Shown: positions 10,573 to 15,445 of the stretch, in pieces
Layout: each line of letters starts with the position of its first letter
Numbering within the stretch: position 1 is the first letter of the stretch
Origin: a bacterium
Lineage (GTDB): Bacteria; Zhuqueibacterota; Zhuqueibacteria; Oceanimicrobiales; Oceanimicrobiaceae
DNA length: 15,445 nt
NCBI GenBank assembly: GCA_046757525.1
Contig: JBHHYI010000097.1
Coordinates: 1 to 15,445, forward strand
Reading direction: 5' to 3'
The notes under the pieces: model-generated
What the model was told of the DNA's origin: nothing
The model's database searches: none
Seen by the model: only the letters and a program-made list of their open reading frames with translations
Program-made: the position numbers and the translations under genes

Positions 10573-11382
10573 TTAGTGTTCTTGATAAATTGCTAAACCG
10601 ATAAAGACCGATGACAAAATCGTAAAAATATAGGCTTGAATGAGCGCGATCAGCACTTCCAGCAAGCCGACAAACAAGATCCCCGCTAAAGTGAAGCCAC
10701 CAATAGCCCAATTGCGGAACGTAAAGATGATCAACAGCAAGGCGAAAATCACCACGTGACCAGCCACCATGTTGGCGAAAAGTCGAATCGCCAGGGCGAA
10801 ATGCTTGGTGAGCAGACTGATGATTTCCACCGGAATCATGATCGGGAGGATGAAAATAGGAAGACCTGGCGGAATCAGGCCCTTGCAATAACCGATCAGA
10901 CCATGACTTCGGACGCCAGCGATCTGAACCATACAAAACGTCAACAGAGCAAGGGATGCGGTCACACTGATGTTACCCGTGGCAGAAGCCCCAAATGGCA
11001 CGAGTCCCATCAAATTGCAAATGAGTATGAAGAAAAAAGCCGTCAACAAATAGGGGGCGTACTTTCGACTTTGCTTCCCAAGGTAAGGGAGCATCACTTC
11101 CTCTTCGAGGTAAACGATGACAAATTCGACGAAGTTCGCCAGTCCGTGAGGAACCAATTTGGGTTTACGAAATAGCAGCGACAACACGGCAATGAGCAAT
11201 GCGGCTACAATCCACATGATCACAACGTGTTTGGTAATCGAGAGGTCGACCCCCAACACGTGAATGTTGACCAATACATGGTCGGTGATGTGGTGCATAA
11301 CAAAATTCGCACCTAACTTTTCGTGCTCACCACCTTGCGCACCGTCAATAAACGGAAAAATTAGCCCGATGTAATATAGCAT
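10573..11382 (-). CDS. atpB: ATP synthase F0 a subunit
   Basis: NLMGLVP, ATGNISVT, essential Arg in LAIRLFANMVAGH and LEVLIALIQAYIFTIL. The exact start codon is uncertain. Confidence 0.97.
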   Translation of the reverse strand: MLYYIGLIFPFIDGAQGGEHEKLGANFVMHHITDHVLVNIHVLGVDLSITKHVVIMWIVAALLIAVLSLLFRKPKLVPHGLANFVEFVIVYLEEEVMLPYLGKQSRKYAPYLLTAFFFILICNLMGLVPFGASATGNISVTASLALLTFCMVQIAGVRSHGLIGYCKGLIPPGLPIFILPIMIPVEIISLLTKHFALAIRLFANMVAGHVVIFALLLIIFTFRNWAIGGFTLAGILFVGLLEVLIALIQAYIFTILSSVFIGLAIYQEH

Positions 11383-11390
11383 GGAGATAT

Positions 11391-11780
11391 TCAGGCCGCC
11401 TTTCTACTCATTAATTCTTTTTGAATGTACCTGATCTCAAAAAACTGCAAGGTCAAATAAAAACCCACAAGCGACAAAACAAAACCGACTAAAGGAATAT
11501 TAGTTAACTTCAAAACCGTGAAAATGGCGAGAAATAAAATCACAATTCTCCCGGCCATCCCCCCGAATAGAACCGAATAAAAAGTTTTTGTAGGTTTACC
11601 AAACGCCCATTTTATCGAAAAGAAGGCGAAGAGAATATTCACCAAACTCACCAAATAGCCGGTCACCACGCCCCAGACCAGCCGAGAATCGCCAAAGTAA
11701 TTTACCGGAATCAACGAAAGCAAAAGCAATGTTGACGTAATGCCCCCGATCTGAAACAGAAATTTTAGATTTTCACTCAT
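11391..11780 (-). CDS. atpI: ATP synthase protein I (4-TM accessory membrane protein)
   Basis: 129 aa with four hydrophobic segments and GMAGRIVIL; lies immediately upstream of atpB and overlaps the upstream gene by 8 nt. Confidence 0.8.
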   Translation of the reverse strand: MSENLKFLFQIGGITSTLLLLSLIPVNYFGDSRLVWGVVTGYLVSLVNILFAFFSIKWAFGKPTKTFYSVLFGGMAGRIVILFLAIFTVLKLTNIPLVGFVLSLVGFYLTLQFFEIRYIQKELMSRKAA

Positions 11781-12024
11781 GCTTAGTTTTGTTGTTCTTG
11801 TCGGGAGACGGAGGATAAACAGCTCGATAAACCGTTAAAAAACCTGAAGTCATCCCAAGCAGCAATCCCAGAATGAGAAACAAAGGGATGGTATGTAGCT
11901 TGGAATCGAGCCAGTAACCTGCCCAAACACCCAATCCTATGGCAATCGCAAATCTTAGTCCTAAGTCAACGTAAACAAATACCGATTGTTTGCTTTTACG
12001 CTGCTTATCGGAGTTGTTTGTCAA
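11773..12024 (-). CDS. atpZ: AtpZ/AtpI-family (ATPase gene 1) 2-TM protein
   Basis: LGLRFAIAIGLGVWAGYWLDSKLHTIPLFLILGLLLG matches the G-x-W-L-D...P-x-F...G-x-x-x-G family pattern. TTG start is 1 nt after the bactofilin stop. Confidence 0.82.
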   Translation of the reverse strand: MTNNSDKQRKSKQSVFVYVDLGLRFAIAIGLGVWAGYWLDSKLHTIPLFLILGLLLGMTSGFLTVYRAVYPPSPDKNNKTKHE

Positions 12025-12025
12025 G

Positions 12026-12475
12026 CTATTTCGCTAATTTGACTTCTTTGCCTTCGTCCTTTTTTTCGGAAAAACCCACATTCCCTTTCGGCATTTCGGG
12101 CCTGCTCTCAAACTGCTTGTTGTCACCCATGGAGCAAGTACCTTCAAAGACCGCCCCCTCATCAATGACCAATTTCGAGGTTTTCAGCTCCCCATTGAAA
12201 TACGATTTCGGCTCCAGGACAACTTTTCCCGCCGCACTCAGTTTGCCGGTCAGTTTGCCCCCTATGATCGCGTTGCGGACATTCACCTCGCCGTCAATCA
12301 CACCTTCCTTTCCAATGACCAGGGAATCGCTGGCAGTCACTTTGCCCTTGACCTTGCCATCGATCCGGACGGTACTTTGCACTTTCAAGGTGCCTTCAAA
12401 AGAAGAACCTTTCCCGATAATGGTGTTTAAATTTCCGCTGGTGTTGAAGTCCTCAGAATCTTTTTTCCCCAACAT
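12026..12475 (-). CDS. Bactofilin (polymer-forming cytoskeletal protein, CcmA/BacA family), 149 aa
   Basis: NTIIGKGSSFEGTL...VRIDGKVKGKV...LVIGKEGVIDGEV...LVIDEGAVFEGTCSM beta-helix. True start is ATG 12475 (MLGKK) with AAGGA upstream; the track's extension to 12643 overlaps the M23 gene. Confidence 0.95.
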   Translation of the reverse strand: MLGKKDSEDFNTSGNLNTIIGKGSSFEGTLKVQSTVRIDGKVKGKVTASDSLVIGKEGVIDGEVNVRNAIIGGKLTGKLSAAGKVVLEPKSYFNGELKTSKLVIDEGAVFEGTCSMGDNKQFESRPEMPKGNVGFSEKKDEGKEVKLAK

Positions 12476-12518
12476 AAGCCAATCCTTACCAGTTAGTTGC
12501 CTATCAACAAACGTTTTA

Positions 12519-13397
12519 TTACTTTTCCTGAAATGCAACGATATATTCTTTGGGATCGACGGGCAATCCGTCTTTCCAGATCTCAAAGTGCAGATGCGGT
12601 CCCGAACTCTTGCCGGAAGAACCCAACAGGGCAATCGGTTCACCCTTCTTCACGTAATTTTTTTCTCCCTTGAGCAATCTTTGGTTGTGCCCATAATAAG
12701 ACAGAATTCCGTTCCCGTGATCTATGATGATCAGATTTCCCAAATCAAAAGTCCAATTAGAAAAAATGATAATGCCCGAACCAGCGGCCCGAATGATAGA
12801 GCCTTTTTTGGCAACGATATCGATGCCGGTATGATTCTTGGGCAGAAACCACCCCTTTTTTCTAAAATCCTGCGTCATGAAACCCTCCACGGGCAACAAT
12901 GTTGGCACATCATCGGCATACTCATGCATTTTATTCTTTTTCGGCGACAAAATGTACCGCTTTTTCGTAGCAATGGTTTTTGGCGAAGGTCTAATATTGG
13001 TATGCTTGACTGGCACGATCTTGTCGAGCTGCACGGAGGATTCACTGGCTTGATAGCGCCCCCCCACTTCAGGCAGATGCTCACTATCGATGCCGAGGAG
13101 AGTTCTGACCTTCTGGTAATCTTTTTCTAAAGCGTAGAACTGATTGGCTAACGATAGCACGCGTTTGTTGTCCTCTTTTAACTGGGAATTTAGCGATCTT
13201 AGCTGTTTGTTTTTGGACAGTTCTTGCGCATATTTCCAGTAAAAAAAAGCCCCCACGACGATATGTGCCACCAACAGGATTCCCACAACGTAAGCCACCT
13301 TCACCCACTTGGTGCGGAGGCGAAAACTATATGGCTCAACGTTGTCTTCCGGAACAATTAATATAGAAATCTTATTGTTTCTTCGTTTCTTGCGCAT
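12519..13397 (-). CDS. Membrane-anchored M23-family metallopeptidase (LmdC/Csd1-like architecture)
   Basis: Zn motifs HTGID (HxxxD) and SSGPHLHFEI (HxH). N-terminal KISILIVPED segment, one TM helix (VAYVVGILLVAHIVVGAFFYW) and a coiled coil. ATG 13397 preferred over TTG 13421. Confidence 0.93.
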   Translation of the reverse strand: MRKKRRNNKISILIVPEDNVEPYSFRLRTKWVKVAYVVGILLVAHIVVGAFFYWKYAQELSKNKQLRSLNSQLKEDNKRVLSLANQFYALEKDYQKVRTLLGIDSEHLPEVGGRYQASESSVQLDKIVPVKHTNIRPSPKTIATKKRYILSPKKNKMHEYADDVPTLLPVEGFMTQDFRKKGWFLPKNHTGIDIVAKKGSIIRAAGSGIIIFSNWTFDLGNLIIIDHGNGILSYYGHNQRLLKGEKNYVKKGEPIALLGSSGKSSGPHLHFEIWKDGLPVDPKEYIVAFQEK

Positions 13398-13472
13398 TAT
13401 TTCACAAAAAAAAAGCTTCAAAAAGCTTTGAAACTTCCCCTAATTCTGTCACGAATCTCGCGGCAAAGGTCG

Positions 13473-13501
13473 AATTTAAAAACAAAATCATTAAAAGTCA
13501 A
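13473..13501 (-). promoter_or_regulatory. Putative sigma70-type promoter for the M23-bactofilin-atp unit
   Basis: Minus strand TTGACT (13501-13496), 17-nt spacer, TAAATT (13478-13473), in the parB-M23 gap. Confidence 0.6.
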
Positions 13502-13534
13502 CCCTTTTCTCTAAGTGACAAATACTTAATGTAC

Positions 13535-14395
13535 TTAAATTCGCTCCATCAATTCCAACAGTCGCTCCAAATCTGAATCGGAGTAATACTCGACTTCAAT
13601 TTTACCGCCCGTGTTTTTGCCTTTTCTGTGAATTCTCACCTGCGTGCCCAGGATGCTTCTCAGTCTGTCTTCGGCAGATTGAAGGAAAGGATTTATCGGT
13701 TTAGGGTTTTCTTTCTTACTTTTTGAAGGGTTTGCTGTGTTTTTTGCCAACTGCTCTACCTGCCGAACGGAGAATTTCTTTTGTAGCGTCTTTTTCCACA
13801 AGTCGAGCTGATCGCTTTTTTCAGATAGGCTGAGGAAAGCTCTGGCATGACCGGCAGAGATTTCCCCCAGAATGAGGCTCTGCTGAATGGAATTAGGCAG
13901 CTTCAGAAGGCGGAGAAAATTGGCTATGGTAGCGCGGTCTTTGCCTACTTTGCGGGCGACTTCATCCTGAGTAAGTTTGCATTTCGCGATCAATGTTTGA
14001 TAGCCGTTCGCCTCATCGATTGGATTCAGGTTTTCCCTCTGAATATTCTCGATTAATGACATCTCCAGCATTTCCTCGTCGCTTCGCACCTCTAAGACGA
14101 AGGCAGGAATTTCCTTGAAGCCTAAATCGCGAACCGCCCGCAGGCGCCTCTCCCCGGCAATCAATTCGTAACCAGCGTTGACTTCACGCACGGTTACGGG
14201 TTGGATGACGCCATTTTCAGCAATGGATTGCTTGAGCTCCTCCAATGCAGTGGGATCAAAACTTTCCCGCGGCTGGAATGGATTGGGTTTCACTTGCTCG
14301 ACCGCCACGTCTCGCAACCGTCCGGACTGGCTTTCGTCCTGGGGAATTTCGGGTATCAGGGCGCCGAGCCCCTTGCCTAAGCGCCTAACGGCCAT
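13535..14395 (-). CDS. parB: Chromosome partitioning CTPase ParB/Spo0J
   Basis: [37 protein letters not shown] and HTH region [23 protein letters not shown]; overlaps the parA end by 11 nt. Confidence 0.98.
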   Translation of the reverse strand: MAVRRLGKGLGALIPEIPQDESQSGRLRDVAVEQVKPNPFQPRESFDPTALEELKQSIAENGVIQPVTVREVNAGYELIAGERRLRAVRDLGFKEIPAFVLEVRSDEEMLEMSLIENIQRENLNPIDEANGYQTLIAKCKLTQDEVARKVGKDRATIANFLRLLKLPNSIQQSLILGEISAGHARAFLSLSEKSDQLDLWKKTLQKKFSVRQVEQLAKNTANPSKSKKENPKPINPFLQSAEDRLRSILGTQVRIHRKGKNTGGKIEVEYYSDSDLERLLELMERI

Positions 14396-15149
14396 TTAGG
14401 ATCAACTCCTCGGCTAAATTCATGTAATTCTCCGAACCCTTTGATACCGCATCGTAAAGAATTATGGGTTTGCCATAGCTCGGGGCCTCACTCAGACGCA
14501 CATTGCGATCGATGACCGTCTTGAATACTTTCTTGTCAAAATACCTCTTGACTTCCTCAGCCACCTGGCGCGATAGATTCAGACGGCTGTCGAACATAGT
14601 CAACAAGACCCCTTCGATGGCAAGATTCTGGTTCAGATGCTTTTGCACCAGGCGAATGGTGTTCAACAATTGACTCAACCCCTCCAGAGCGTAGTACTCG
14701 CATTGAATGGGTATGAGCACTGAATCCGCAGCGGTGAGCGCGTTTATGGTCAACAAGCCAAGAGATGGAGGGCAATCGATTAGAATGTATTTGTATTTGT
14801 CGGGTAATTTTTGCAGGGCGTTCAGCAATACCCGTTCGCGAGAAATGGCATTGACCAGCTCAACCTCGGCTCCGGCCAGCCGCATACTCGACGGCAGAAT
14901 ATCCAGGAACTCCAAATTGGTGGGGATGATGGCCCTGTCCAGGGATAGATCCTCGATCATGATTTCGTAAATGCCTTCCGTAACCTTCTTGGGGTCGATT
15001 CCTAAGCCGCTGGTAGAATTGGCCTGGGGATCGATATCGATCAACAGGGTGGGGTGTTCCGCGACCGCCAGGCAGGCGGCTAAATTGACCGCCGTGGTCG
15101 TTTTTCCAACCCCACCTTTTTGATTGGCAATGGAAATAGTTCTTGACAT
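14385..15149 (-). CDS. parA: Chromosome partitioning ATPase ParA/Soj
   Basis: Deviant Walker [36 protein letters not shown] and [19 protein letters not shown] at 15155-15160. Confidence 0.98.
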   Translation of the reverse strand: MSRTISIANQKGGVGKTTTAVNLAACLAVAEHPTLLIDIDPQANSTSGLGIDPKKVTEGIYEIMIEDLSLDRAIIPTNLEFLDILPSSMRLAGAEVELVNAISRERVLLNALQKLPDKYKYILIDCPPSLGLLTINALTAADSVLIPIQCEYYALEGLSQLLNTIRLVQKHLNQNLAIEGVLLTMFDSRLNLSRQVAEEVKRYFDKKVFKTVIDRNVRLSEAPSYGKPIILYDAVSKGSENYMNLAEELILNGR

Positions 15150-15185
15150 TCACACTCCTTAAAGTCGCTGTGACAAGTGATAGGT

Positions 15186-15214
15186 AATATAAGTTTTTAA
15201 CCTGGTAAAATCAA
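15186..15214 (-). promoter_or_regulatory. Putative sigma70-type promoter of parAB
   Basis: Minus strand TTGATT (15214-15209), 17-nt spacer, TATATT (15191-15186); the -10 ends 36 nt upstream of the parA ATG. Confidence 0.6.
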
Positions 15215-15362
15215 GTCAAAACTACCGGCACAAACGGCCGCTACCCAGTGCCCGTGCTCCTTGCCAATCCTGACACAACTTTAGCCACGGTCTGCTTCCA
15301 CAAAACGCTTCGTTCGATGATTTGGTCGAGCTTTCTCTTAGAAAACGCTCTGTTGTGCGTAA

Positions 15363-15416
15363 CGCAATCGTCTCGATTGCGAGGGCATCTCTCTTAGGGA
15401 ACACTCCTCCGGAGTG
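15363..15416. repeat. Two short perfect palindromes upstream of parA
   Basis: CGCAATCG-TCT-CGATTGCG (15363-15381) and CACTCC-TCC-GGAGTG (15402-15416). Confidence 0.5.
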
Positions 15417-15445
15417 GAATGACAGTTATTTTTCTTGAACCCAAA

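Noticed and set aside
12476..12643. 56-aa N-terminal extension of bactofilin in the ORF track
   Set aside because: Overlaps the M23 catalytic C-terminus in another frame. ATG 12475 has an SD and a typical MLGKK start.
12018..13130. 370-aa plus-strand ORF
   Set aside because: Antisense shadow of the bactofilin and M23 genes; Ser/Pro/Phe-rich with no recognisable motif or RBS.
15222..15404. 60-aa minus-strand ORF, or the tail of an upstream rsmG-like gene at the right edge
   Set aside because: No recognisable motif, and too little sequence at the edge to choose a frame.
15150..15445. oriC / DnaA-box cluster near parA
   Set aside because: No cluster of TTATCCACA-like boxes is seen; the best near-match (TTTTCCACA, 13792-13800) lies inside parB.

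Overview
A bacterial chromosomal window with every credible gene on the minus strand. Reading from the right end leftwards: parA, parB, a membrane-anchored M23 metallopeptidase, a bactofilin, a complete F-type ATP synthase operon (atpZ/gene1-like, atpI, atpB, E, F, H, A, G, D, C), a 259-bp intergenic gap, a 965-aa exported TPR/coiled-coil protein, and a second exported TPR protein (over 540 aa) that runs off the left edge and is missing from the ORF track. Gene order and protein style suggest an FCB-superphylum bacterium such as KSB1, Calditrichota or Ignavibacteria (inference only). Main leads: (1) the TPR pair looks like GltC/GltD of the Agl-Glt envelope machinery and may start a larger cluster beyond the window; (2) the 965-aa protein has five copies of a ~50-aa helical repeat flanking its TPR core; (3) a 168-bp element in the atpC-TPR gap is bounded by 16/18 inverted repeats and holds an internal 13-bp hairpin; (4) the M23/bactofilin cell-shape module appears to be co-transcribed with the atp operon; (5) a degenerate parS-like palindrome lies in the long atpH-atpA spacer. 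No database searches were run, so family calls rest on motif recognition by eye.
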